Source: a virus. Taken from it: 64,000 bases of DNA. The position numbers and the translations under genes are program-made. Of the stretch, positions 18,877-28,300 are shown in pieces. The notes under the pieces are model-generated. The model did no database searches. It saw only the letters and a program-made list of their open reading frames with translations, and was not told the origin of the DNA. How positions within the stretch are numbered: the first letter of the stretch is position 1; the number at the start of each line of letters is the position of its first letter. The stretch spans positions 32,001 through 96,000 of the IMG/VR virus record IMGVR_UViG_3300012971_000018; one strand, written 5' to 3'.

Positions 18877-19436
18877 TCGTTAATGTGCGCGGCGGGAGCG
18901 GAAGTGGCAAGACCCATGTGGTGCGCGAGCTAATGAATGGCGGCAGGCCGGTCTCGCTCTATGGGGTGCTAGGGATAAAGTATCCCGAAGCCTATCGGGT
19001 CTCGCTCCCAGGCGTAACGCAGCCCCTGCACATTATCGGACCCTACACGACGAACGTCGGGGGATGCGACAGGCTGTCCTACGATAAGATCATTCCTCTG
19101 CTGGAGAAGTACGAGAAGCGGGGCCACGTCCTGTTCGAAGGTCTGCTCGTATCGGACAACTACGGCATTATCGGAGAGTGGCTTACCAAGCGCGGCCACA
19201 ACGCGCTTATCGTGTTCCTGGATACTTCGCTGGCAGTATGTCTGGAACGGCTGCGCATCCGTTCGGGCTACGATGCAGACTTGCGGAAGCCGCTAACGAC
19301 GGTGGCCATGCGGTACGAGACCATAAAGCGCGCGAAGGCAAAGTTCGAGAAGGAAGCCAAGGTTAGCCTGCTCGAAGTTTCCTCGACAAGCGCGGCGGAC
19401 CAGATACACCAATGGATAATTGACAATGATAGATGA
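18873..19436 (+). CDS. P-loop kinase, putative 5-hmdU DNA kinase
   Basis: NVRGGSGSGKT, GGCD, LFEGL; adjacent to the transferase. Confidence 0.8.
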   Translation: MIVNVRGGSGSGKTHVVRELMNGGRPVSLYGVLGIKYPEAYRVSLPGVTQPLHIIGPYTTNVGGCDRLSYDKIIPLLEKYEKRGHVLFEGLLVSDNYGIIGEWLTKRGHNALIVFLDTSLAVCLERLRIRSGYDADLRKPLTTVAMRYETIKRAKAKFEKEAKVSLLEVSSTSAADQIHQWIIDNDR

Positions 19437-20301
19437 ACAACTGCATTGGTTTACGCACTGGGTATCCGAGCGCGAGAAGGTTCGGATCGCCAAGCTGGGC
19501 GGCGCCCGGCCGCCGTGGACGAACGACCCGATTATCGCCAAGTACCGGTTCTGTAACGTCCGGCGGAAGGACGATCGCGTCTCGCGCTGGTTAATCAAGA
19601 ATGTCCTTACCGCGGAAATCTTCCACCGTGTCGGCCCCAAGGCGTTTATGGAGTTTACCGCGTTCTGCCGGTGGAACAATTGGCCGCCGTCGATCGGTGC
19701 GGTCTTAGAGCGCGATCTTTTGCGGCCTAGCATCGATTGGGGTGCCGTCGTGCGGGTCCTGCAAGATCGCAAGCGGCGCGGGGAGAAGGTGTGGACGGGT
19801 GCCTACGTGGTCTATGCCGATGCCAAGACCGACAAGGCGGAATACGTGGCCAGTGTCGCGCGGGCCGTCGGCGAGATGTGGGACCGGCTACAGACCGATA
19901 CCCGGATTGGATATCGCCAGCGGGTGTGGGAGACGCTAACCGATATCCGTGGCATGGGCTCGTTCATGGCTGGGCAGATCGTCGACGATTGGACGTGGAC
20001 ACCGTTGCTGTGGCTATCGCGCGATCTCTACGAATGGGCGCCGCAAGGCCCGGGGTCGCTGCGGGGGCTAAACCGGATTATCGGCCACCCGCTTACCCAG
20101 AGCATAATTATGAACGACTGGATGGCCCATCTTAACGCTTGCCGCAGGCACATAATCGAGACGCTTGGCAAGGACTATCGCAACCTTACGGCGCACGATG
20201 TGCAGAATTGCCTGTGCGAGTTCGACAAGTACATGCGGGTTAAGAACGGGGAAGGCAAGCCGCGGTCGACGTACCAGCCGGAGACGGGGTATGTGGTATG
20301 A
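19420..20301 (+). CDS. aGPT-Pplase1 family protein (thymine hypermodification)
   Basis: ERE...PWTNDPIIAKYRFCNVRRKDDRVS, GPGSLRGL, QNCLCEFDKY. Confidence 0.88.
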   Translation: MTMIDEQLHWFTHWVSEREKVRIAKLGGARPPWTNDPIIAKYRFCNVRRKDDRVSRWLIKNVLTAEIFHRVGPKAFMEFTAFCRWNNWPPSIGAVLERDLLRPSIDWGAVVRVLQDRKRRGEKVWTGAYVVYADAKTDKAEYVASVARAVGEMWDRLQTDTRIGYRQRVWETLTDIRGMGSFMAGQIVDDWTWTPLLWLSRDLYEWAPQGPGSLRGLNRIIGHPLTQSIIMNDWMAHLNACRRHIIETLGKDYRNLTAHDVQNCLCEFDKYMRVKNGEGKPRSTYQPETGYVV

Positions 20302-20501
20302 GTAAGAAACCTGTCGGCTACTTCGTCTGGACCCGCCGTAATGGCAGGCTGTCCCCCCGGAAGTATGGCGAGGACTTCCACCGTGCCGGTCGCAAGGATG
20401 GCACAGAATACGACCACGATGCCCCACCGGCTTATCCACTAACCGAAGCCGAGTGGGGTATGTCTTTGGACGAGCTGGCAAGGAGATATCCGCATGGGTA
20501 G
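20298..20501 (+). CDS. hypothetical protein
   Basis: ATGA-coupled ORF. Confidence 0.55.
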   Translation: MSKKPVGYFVWTRRNGRLSPRKYGEDFHRAGRKDGTEYDHDAPPAYPLTEAEWGMSLDELARRYPHG

Positions 20502-20892
20502 CCAAGCAGGACGCAAAGTACAGAGCTGGGTTAGCACCCCGCAGGGCTGTTTTCTTAAGGGGCTCCTGCATGCTCTTGGGAACCGGGGATGGATGGACAT
20601 GGGGCTGCGTGGAAGTGCCTATAACGAATACGTCTACAGGCATTACGCTCGCCTCGTGCCTTACCACCAGGATTATTGGGAACGTCCGCGGACCAAAAAG
20701 AGCATTGTGGGTCGCGCTATGACCACGACAAGATCGCACCATGCTTCGAGGGAGAATGCATTCGAAAATGACTATACTGCGCCATACATGGGATTGGTCT
20801 TTAATCTGTTGGAGCGCGACAAGCCCTGGGAACGTGCGGAGCTGGACGCGCGTATCGCGCGTATCGCTGCGATAGCAGCGAGGGCGGCATGA
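20494..20892 (+). CDS. hypothetical protein
   Basis: fills the gap, overlaps neighbouring genes. Confidence 0.45.
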   Translation: MGSQAGRKVQSWVSTPQGCFLKGLLHALGNRGWMDMGLRGSAYNEYVYRHYARLVPYHQDYWERPRTKKSIVGRAMTTTRSHHASRENAFENDYTAPYMGLVFNLLERDKPWERAELDARIARIAAIAARAA

Positions 20893-21446
20893 CCCCGTTG
20901 GAGCGCGTAATTGCGATCCGGACCGGCGGCGGCACCGAGCGCGCCCACGGCATTCGCCACCATGGCTCCTATTCGGTCGCCAGCCATACATGGGGCGTTC
21001 TAACGCTGGTCTACGTGCTGTGGGGACCCGAGTTCTTTGCCCGGGTCGCCGCCGCGGTAACGTTCCACGACGTTCCCGAGGCTTGGGTCGGCGACATCCC
21101 GGCGCCGACGAAGCGTTACAATATGTCGGTTAAGCTCGCGGTCGACCAGATGGACCAAGCCGTGCTTAAGCGGCTCGATCTGCTTACGCCGTACGTGGGT
21201 CTTAGCTTAGAGGACAAGGCCAGGATTAAGGCCGCGGACATGCTGGAGCTGTATCTGTGGGCGGCGGAGGAAGTCGCGGGGGGCAACAGGCACGCCGCCT
21301 GTCTTATGCGGGAGCTAATACGCTATTTCGGCGAGCAGAGGATGCCGGACGAGTTCTACCCGATATGGACGGAGCTTGCCACCGGCGGCAGCGTAGAGCA
21401 CGCGAGCGACGGCCTTATCTACGAGATAAACAAGAAAGCGGAATAG
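20889..21446 (+). CDS. HD-domain nucleotidase (YfbR-like)
   Basis: SVASH, FHDVPEAWVGDIPAP, KAADMLE. Confidence 0.85.
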   Translation: MTPLERVIAIRTGGGTERAHGIRHHGSYSVASHTWGVLTLVYVLWGPEFFARVAAAVTFHDVPEAWVGDIPAPTKRYNMSVKLAVDQMDQAVLKRLDLLTPYVGLSLEDKARIKAADMLELYLWAAEEVAGGNRHAACLMRELIRYFGEQRMPDEFYPIWTELATGGSVEHASDGLIYEINKKAE

Positions 21447-23336
21447 ATGATTACACTTATGGTGGGTTCGGTGGACGAGGCGCTCTGTCGGGGCGTCGCG
21501 CTCCTGCGCAAGGTCGGCGTAAAGCAGACGTCCCGGGCCGGCGATGTGTGGGTCGCACCCAGCCCGGTTACGACGATCTTCCACGATCCGGTAAAGCGGG
21601 TGCTGTTTAATGCGCATCGCGATGCCAATCCGTTCTTCCATCTGTTCGAAAGCCTGTGGCTGCTGGCCGGTCGCGACGATGCTACGTGGCTGGACCAGTT
21701 TGTCGGCGACTTCTCTTCGCGCTTCGCCGAGAGCGACGGAGTGCTCCATGGTTCCTACGGCCACCGGTGGCGGGAGGCGCTCGGCCTCGACCAGCTATTT
21801 GAGGTCGTGGAGAAGCTAAAGGCCAACCCCGACGATCGGCAATGCGTCCTCCAGATGTGGGACGCGCGGGACGACTGGCACGCGGATGGAGAGTATTCCG
21901 CGCACTCCGGATGCAACGATTTGCTAGGCAATTGGAAGGATCGGCCGTGTTTGGCGGGGGATACCGTTGTGTGGTCGCCCGAGGGGGACCTTCCTATTGC
22001 TGCGTTGGCGGAAAAGTTTGCGGCTGGTGTAAAACGTTGGCCCGTTTATTCCGTGAACGAGATGTCCAAGAAGTTGGAGATAAGGTGGGCTACAAATTGC
22101 TGGAGAAGCGGACGAAGGCGTACTGTAGTTCTAACTTTTGATGATGGTACGTCAATTCGAGCAACAGCGGACCACGTATTTTACGTATATCCTAAGAGGA
22201 TTGGTAGAAATGGGAAGGTAAGCGCCTTGGCGGCAAAACCGTGTCGGGTAGATAAGCTGCGGCCGGGGGATCGGGTATTAGCAACACAGCGGTTTTCCGG
22301 CAAGAAGGGCCACGAGGTAATTAAAAAGTGTTTGGCCGGGAATACGGCCTTTCGCAATATGCAGCAGACGCACAATGCGTATTATCGTCTTGTGTATGGC
22401 TCAATTCCAGAAGATTGTGAGCTTCATCATGTAGACGAAGTTAAGCGTAACAATAAGATCGCCAATTTGGAGCCACTCGATCCAGGAGAACATAGCCGAT
22501 TGCACAAAGTTGGGGATCGAAATCCGATGAGAAACATGACGGCTGCGCAGCACCGAGCGCGTGGTCGTAAGCAGTCGGTGTCGCTAAAGGCTGCTTGGGC
22601 TAAGCTTACTCCGATGCAGCGTGTTGCGAGATCGAAGGGTCTCCCCATAACCAACCACAGGATTGTTAGTATCGGTCCGGGACCGATCGAGGATGTATAC
22701 GATTTTACGGTTCCCGGTTTCCACACTGCAATAGTTGGTACTGGTGTGGTAACTCATAATTGCAACACCCATGCCTACCTTCGGGTTCGGGATGGGCTCT
22801 TGGACCTTACGGTGTGCTGCCGGTCGAACGATATTATCTGGGGCGCATACGGTGCCAATGCTGTGCAATTTTCCATGCTGCAAGAGTACCTCGCGGCGCG
22901 GATCGGCGTCGGCGTCGGCATCTATTACCAGATTAGCAACAACTACCACGCTTACGACAATGTTATCGACTGGAGCTTGGGCGAGAAGAACGCGCTAACG
23001 GATTGGGGGTGGTCGTACCGGGACTTCTGTGTCGAGCCGCTTGCGTTGGTTACCAATCCGGAGACGTTCGACCGGGAGCTGTCGTGCTTCTTTAAGCGGC
23101 CGGAGAGTTTTCTTCCGCTCGATCCCGTCCTTGCCCTGCGCACAGGTGGGCGGAACGAGTACGAGAACTTGTTCTTCCCTCGGGTAGCTGTCCCGCTTTA
23201 CCGCGCCATTCGGACGTGGAAGGACAAAGCGGTAGAGGACCGGAAGAAATTGGCAATACAGGAGTTGGATAGCGCACCAGCCGAGAACGACTGGAAGCTG
23301 GCCGCCCAGCAGTGGATGCAGAAGAGGATTAAATGA
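21447..23336 (+). CDS. thymidylate synthase-family enzyme, likely dUMP hydroxymethylase, intein-containing
   Basis: RDANPFFH, GSYGHRW, RSNDIIWGAYGAN, NYHAY; catalytic PC restored after splicing. Confidence 0.85.
   Translation: MITLMVGSVDEALCRGVALLRKVGVKQTSRAGDVWVAPSPVTTIFHDPVKRVLFNAHRDANPFFHLFESLWLLAGRDDATWLDQFVGDFSSRFAESDGVLHGSYGHRWREALGLDQLFEVVEKLKANPDDRQCVLQMWDARDDWHADGEYSAHSGCNDLLGNWKDRPCLAGDTVVWSPEGDLPIAALAEKFAAGVKRWPVYSVNEMSKKLEIRWATNCWRSGRRRTVVLTFDDGTSIRATADHVFYVYPKRIGRNGKVSALAAKPCRVDKLRPGDRVLATQRFSGKKGHEVIKKCLAGNTAFRNMQQTHNAYYRLVYGSIPEDCELHHVDEVKRNNKIANLEPLDPGEHSRLHKVGDRNPMRNMTAAQHRARGRKQSVSLKAAWAKLTPMQRVARSKGLPITNHRIVSIGPGPIEDVYDFTVPGFHTAIVGTGVVTHNCNTHAYLRVRDGLLDLTVCCRSNDIIWGAYGANAVQFSMLQEYLAARIGVGVGIYYQISNNYHAYDNVIDWSLGEKNALTDWGWSYRDFCVEPLALVTNPETFDRELSCFFKRPESFLPLDPVLALRTGGRNEYENLFFPRVAVPLYRAIRTWKDKAVEDRKKLAIQELDSAPAENDWKLAAQQWMQKRIK
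21948..22760 (+). mobile_element. intein with in-frame HNH domain
   Basis: CLAGDT...ATADH...LHHVDEVKRNN...VYDFTV...THN/C; 271 aa. Confidence 0.92.
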
Positions 23337-23767
23337 CAAACTATGTCGCGCAGGTCGGTGGCGACCACTACAAGTCGGCGTACGCGCATTGGGACCTCGC
23401 GATCGATATTCGTTGGGGCTATCTCGACGGTTCCGCGGCGAAGTACATATCGCGGTGGCGCAAGAAGGGTGGGGTCCAAGACCTGCGCAAGGCGCTAAGC
23501 TACATCGACAAGCTAATTGGGACGTTGGCGACCGAGAAACAGCAGCTTCCGCCGGCTGTTGCAAACACTCTCCAATTGGAACGGTTTTGCGATGCGCATG
23601 GCTTCGTTAAGGGTTCGCTGGAGCGGACTGCAATAATTTATCTGGGGTCGTGGGCGTTTCGCAGCGACCTCGAAGTCGCGCGGGTAGCAGTGGTGGAGCT
23701 TATCGCCGAAAACGAGGTCCCGACGACCGACAGTAACAAGCACGCCAAGCAGGAGGAGCAATGCTAG
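23333..23767 (+). CDS. DUF3310-family protein
   Basis: QVGGDHY, KYISRWRKKGGVQDLRKA. Confidence 0.8.
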   Translation: MTNYVAQVGGDHYKSAYAHWDLAIDIRWGYLDGSAAKYISRWRKKGGVQDLRKALSYIDKLIGTLATEKQQLPPAVANTLQLERFCDAHGFVKGSLERTAIIYLGSWAFRSDLEVARVAVVELIAENEVPTTDSNKHAKQEEQC

Positions 23768-24834
23768 TAAAGCGGGAAGCGTTAAAGGCGTCGCTGGACC
23801 GGGTTAGGCCGGCAATCGCCACCGGGGACAAGGCACACGAGCCGCTAAAGCATGTGTGGTGGGATGCCGGTTATCTCTACGGGTTCAATGGTGGTCTCGG
23901 CATCCGGACGATATGGGAGATGGGACTGCCGCCGGCCGGGGTCCTGGCTACAGTGCGAAACGGTGTGGTCGGGAGCACGGCCGCGGAGGAGCTGGATATC
24001 GCGGTCGAGGGCGACCAGATGACCGTAAAGGTCGGACGGTCGAAGACCAAGCTGGCGACGCTGCCGCCTAGCAGTTTCCCGTGGCCGCCCGAGTACAGCG
24101 CCGACATTGGCGGTGCGCAGTGCTCGATCGATCTTAACAAGGACGTGGCCATGGCGATCCGGCACGCGGGCGCGATCCGGGCCAAGAACCCGCATCGCGT
24201 CGAGCACCATGGAGTATCGCTATTCCCGTTCGCAGACTTTATCTCGCTGTACTCGACCGATGCGCAGACCCTCGCCGAGGTTCGGCTAAAGGGAAGGTAC
24301 TCCAAGGACCTAACGAAGATGGTGCTGCCCCACGACTTCGTGCGGCAGATTATGACGCTCGACCTGCCGTCCAAGGTCCACTTTATGCCGAGTGCGATTA
24401 TTGCCGAGGCGACCGGCGTGCGGGTGTGTGCCAACCTGCTCGACAACAGCGAAGTGTGGGACCTGCCCAAGCTAATGGACGAGTCGATCCCGAGCGAAGA
24501 CCCAACGATAATTCCGAAGGGCTGGGACGAGGCTATCCGGCGGGCGCGGGTGCTTACGAAGGGCGATGACGATCCGTTCCTTACGCTTAGCGTAAGTCCG
24601 AAGGCCAAAGAGCTTATTATCGAAGGCAAGCTCCGGTATGGCTTGTTGGAGGAACGTTTCGCGCTTACCGGCCCCCTAACGGAAGCCAAGGTCGCCGTGG
24701 GGCTGGGCTACCTGGAGACGATCGGGCGCGAGGCCCGGGAGTTCAACATTGTAACCGACACGTCGCTGGTGCTCGTCGGCAAGAATGCCGAGACGTTTGT
24801 TATCGGTTCGCACGAGGCAAAGACCGAGGAGTAG
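23761..24834 (+). CDS. DNA polymerase III beta-like sliding clamp
   Basis: 357 aa, LYSTDAQTLA motif, replication context. Confidence 0.7.
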   Translation: MLVKREALKASLDRVRPAIATGDKAHEPLKHVWWDAGYLYGFNGGLGIRTIWEMGLPPAGVLATVRNGVVGSTAAEELDIAVEGDQMTVKVGRSKTKLATLPPSSFPWPPEYSADIGGAQCSIDLNKDVAMAIRHAGAIRAKNPHRVEHHGVSLFPFADFISLYSTDAQTLAEVRLKGRYSKDLTKMVLPHDFVRQIMTLDLPSKVHFMPSAIIAEATGVRVCANLLDNSEVWDLPKLMDESIPSEDPTIIPKGWDEAIRRARVLTKGDDDPFLTLSVSPKAKELIIEGKLRYGLLEERFALTGPLTEAKVAVGLGYLETIGREAREFNIVTDTSLVLVGKNAETFVIGSHEAKTEE

Positions 24835-24847
24835 GGAAGTGTGGACC

Positions 24848-24931
24848 ATGTGGGTTGCATTAGCCACCGGAATGTTGCTCGGAGTGGTAATCGTTGTCGT
24901 CGTCGTCGCGAGCCTACCAAGGCAGAGTTGA
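24848..24931 (+). CDS. 27-aa transmembrane peptide
   Basis: MWVALATGMLLGVVIVVVVVASLPRQS, read by hand. Confidence 0.4.
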   Translation: MWVALATGMLLGVVIVVVVVASLPRQS

Positions 24932-25028
24932 GTAGCTTGGGCGTCGGCGCATAGCGCTGGCGAAATCTGCTCTGGACCGTAGCACCCCAAACACGGTCGT
25001 TTGCGGAACGGAGGACGGATGGAAAGTC

Positions 25029-25135
25029 AGGGGCTCGTAGCAGCCGTTTTCGGCGGAGAGACGCCAAGGCCGTCAAGTTCTCCAAAGCTCCAAACCGAAA
25101 GCTGGGTGTGCCGGTTCGATCCCAGCAGCGCCCCT
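25029..25135 (+). ncRNA. tRNA-like structured RNA candidate
   Basis: AGGGGC.../...GCCCCT closing stem, GGTTCGATCC loop, internal hairpins. Confidence 0.35.
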
Positions 25136-25175
25136 CTTGCTCCGTTCTGCAATTAAACACCGAGGAGGTCTTTAG

Positions 25176-25370
25176 ATGTTGGTATGGGTCCTGTGGGTTA
25201 CGCTCGTTACCGGCGAGCGGGTCGAGGCCGGTATGTACCAGACCGAGGGCTGGTGTTATGCGGGCGCGGCGAGACAGCGCGGCTACTTCCTTAAGCACCA
25301 GCCACGGCCGGTGCGGATGTCCTGCGAGCAGGAAACGGTAACGTGGACGCCTAACAAGGGAAACGGCTAG
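25176..25370 (+). CDS. hypothetical small protein
   Basis: GAGGAGG RBS; hydrophobic N-terminus. Confidence 0.6.
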   Translation: MLVWVLWVTLVTGERVEAGMYQTEGWCYAGAARQRGYFLKHQPRPVRMSCEQETVTWTPNKGNG

Positions 25371-28300
25371 ATGGGGTTGTTGTATGCGGCCCAGGCTACA
25401 GTCGATGTTAGGGCGCGCCAGGAAGCCGTGCTCTACCAACGGATGGGCTGCAATATGTGCCCGCTTAACGATGTGCAGCCGGGGCGCGCCAATGCGACGG
25501 GTTCGGAGCATCCGCTAATATTATTCATAGGCGAAGCCCCCGGCAAGGAGGAGCAACGGACCGGCGAGCAGTTCGTCGGCGAGTCCGGGCAACTTCTGCG
25601 CCCGCGCATCCCGGAGGAATGGCTGCCGGATATTCGATGGACCAATACTGTTCATTGTCGTCCCTCGTATGGCAACGGCCACAATCGGACCCCCGAGCAC
25701 GACGAGATCGAGTGCTGCCGGCCGCGGTGGGTTGCCGACATCGAACGGACCAAGCCGAAGGCGATCTTTGCTTTCGGTAACGTCCCACTCCTGGCGATTA
25801 CCAACTTTACCGGCATAACGCTGTGGCGCGGGAGGCGGCTGCCGGTAAGGATCGGGTCGCACGTCTGCTGGCTCTATCCCATGCTCCATCCGGCCCACAT
25901 CCTGCGCCAGCGGCGGGACGAGGATCGTGGCAAGGATGCCAGGTTTGTTGGCTCCGAAGAGGAGCGGATGTTCGAGTTCGATCTCTACAAGGCATTGGAC
26001 GAGGTCGACGCCGGACTGCCACGGCCGATCGTCCACGACGAGAAGGAAGCCCGCCGCGGCGTCGAGATTGTAACCGAGGGCGGGCGGGAAGGGCTGCACC
26101 GGATCGAGGCCGCGCTTAGGTGGGCGTCCGCGCAGGACGATATCGGGTTCGACTACGAGACGCTGGGGCTACGGCCGTATGGTGCCAATGCCAAGATACT
26201 TACGGTCGCGGTCGCGACTGCGGACCGTGCGATTGCGTTTCCGATCCACCATCGCGAAGCCCGGTTCTCCGACAAGGAGCGCAAGACAATCGAGGATTTG
26301 GTCTGCAATTTCCTGTGCCAGTCCGGGCGTGTGTGGGTGCATAATCTGTCCTTCGAGATGGAATGGACGGCGGTTAAGTTCGGCCGCGACCTGCTGTACG
26401 CTACGCAGTGGCAGGACACGGCGACGCAGGCTTCCATTATTGACGAGCGGAAAGGCAATACCAAGCCGGGATGCTTTTCCCTCGAATGGCTCGTAATGCA
26501 GTACTTCGGCTTTAACCTTAAGAAGCTGTCCCCGCTAAACAAAGCTAATCTCGACCGCGAGCCGCTGCCAAAGGTGCTCGCCTATAATGCGATGGACGCC
26601 AAGTACCATCTGCGGCTTGGGCTGGAGCAGCAGGTAGTCATAAAGCAGCAGGGTCTGCAATCGGTCTACGAGCTGTCGTTGCGGCGGGTGCCGGCGGTCG
26701 TTACGTCGCAGGTCCTGGGCGTGCCGGTCGACCAGGACGAGAACGAGCGTCTGCACGCCAAGTACGCCAAGCGGGTCGCCAGCCTGGAGGCCGAAATCCA
26801 GCAGGTGCCGTTAATCCAGGGGTACAACAGCGACAACGCCGAGCCGTTTAACCCCGGCTCGAACCCGCAGTGCGTCGACGTTTTCTATCGGCGGCTAAAG
26901 CGCAAGGAGTGTCTGGTCGTCGACAAGTTCTCCAAGCGGGAGCGGCTGTCCTGCAATGAAGACGTACTAACCAAGATCGAGCACCCGCTGTCGAAGCTAA
27001 TCGTCCGCTGGCGCAAGGCGAAGCGGCAGGACTCGACCTACATCCAAGCATTGGCCCCGGGGACCGAGAATTCGGCGCTGTGGCCCGACGGTCTTCTGCA
27101 TAGTACGTTCAACACTTACTGGGTCGAGACCGGCCGGCTAAGCTGCTCGGCCCCTTGGACCGAGGTTAAGACCAGTCGTGGTGTGGTCCAGATCAAGGAC
27201 GTTATTGCAGGCGATTTGGTGTGGACCCACAGACAACGCTGGCGTTTAGTTACGCGGGCTTGGAGCAAAGGCTTCGAACAGATGTTCGACGTTGTATTGT
27301 CTAATGGGAAAGTTTTGACTTGCACCAAAAACCACCGTCTGCTATCCAAGGCCAGTGGCTGGATAACGGTTGGAGAGTTGTATGACGTATTCCAAGAGAT
27401 GGGTCGAGACGCCGGGGAATATAAAGCGCGTACTGGCGCTTTATCGCAGCAAGGAGTTGGTTCCAACAGAGCAGATAGCCAAGACGTTGGGCACATCGGT
27501 ACCAAACGTCTACGAGGCTATCAAACGGAACATGCCATTGGTCGAGAAGCAGGCTCTATCATCTGTTCGCTATTCGGCATCGAAGCTGGGCACAAAAAAT
27601 CCGATGCTGGGGCGAACTGGAGATCGGCATCCGAATTGGAAGGGGGAATGTTTGGATGGTCATGGTGGTTATTTGACCATAAAGGTTGGAAAGCGTCGTA
27701 TTTTTCTCCACCACCACTTGCTTATGCAGGCATTGGGTCTACCAGAAGTCCCACGCGGTTGGATGGTACACCATATCGATGGCGACCCGTTGAACAACGA
27801 CGTGGACAATTTGGCTTTGGTGACGGCTCGCGGACACAAAGCTATCCACTACAGACAGTTGGAGACCAAGACGTTGCGATTAAAGAAATCAAAGCTGGCG
27901 GAAGCTTTGAAGTATTTGATCTAACAGTAGAGGAGGACGCCAGCTATGAGACCTGTGGAGTATTTTCGCACAATAGCGAATTTCCAAACCTTCAGAATTT
28001 CCCGAAGCGCGACGGCGAGGCCGTCGAGGTCCGCCGGCAGGTCCAGGCCGCCCCTGGATATAGTATCATATCTCTGGACCTGGGCCAGATCGAAGCCCGT
28101 GTCGTCGCGATGTTTACCAAGGACCCGGTCTATGTAAAGCAATTGTGGGACAAGTTCGACATCCACAAGGATTGGGCCGAGCGGATCGCTTTCGCCTATC
28201 CGGATCGGATCGGCGGGTCGAAGAACCTAAAAGACCCGAAGGTAATGAAGACCTTTCGCAGTGACATAAAGAACCAGTGGACCTTCCCTCTGCTCTACGG

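Noticed and set aside
20889-21446. DatZ / 2-aminoadenine (dZ) pathway
   Set aside because: No PurZ in the window; the neighbouring genes indicate thymidine modification
5061-25135. Canonical tRNA genes at the two T-loop motifs
   Set aside because: No proper D and anticodon arms and no CCA; kept only as tRNA-like candidates
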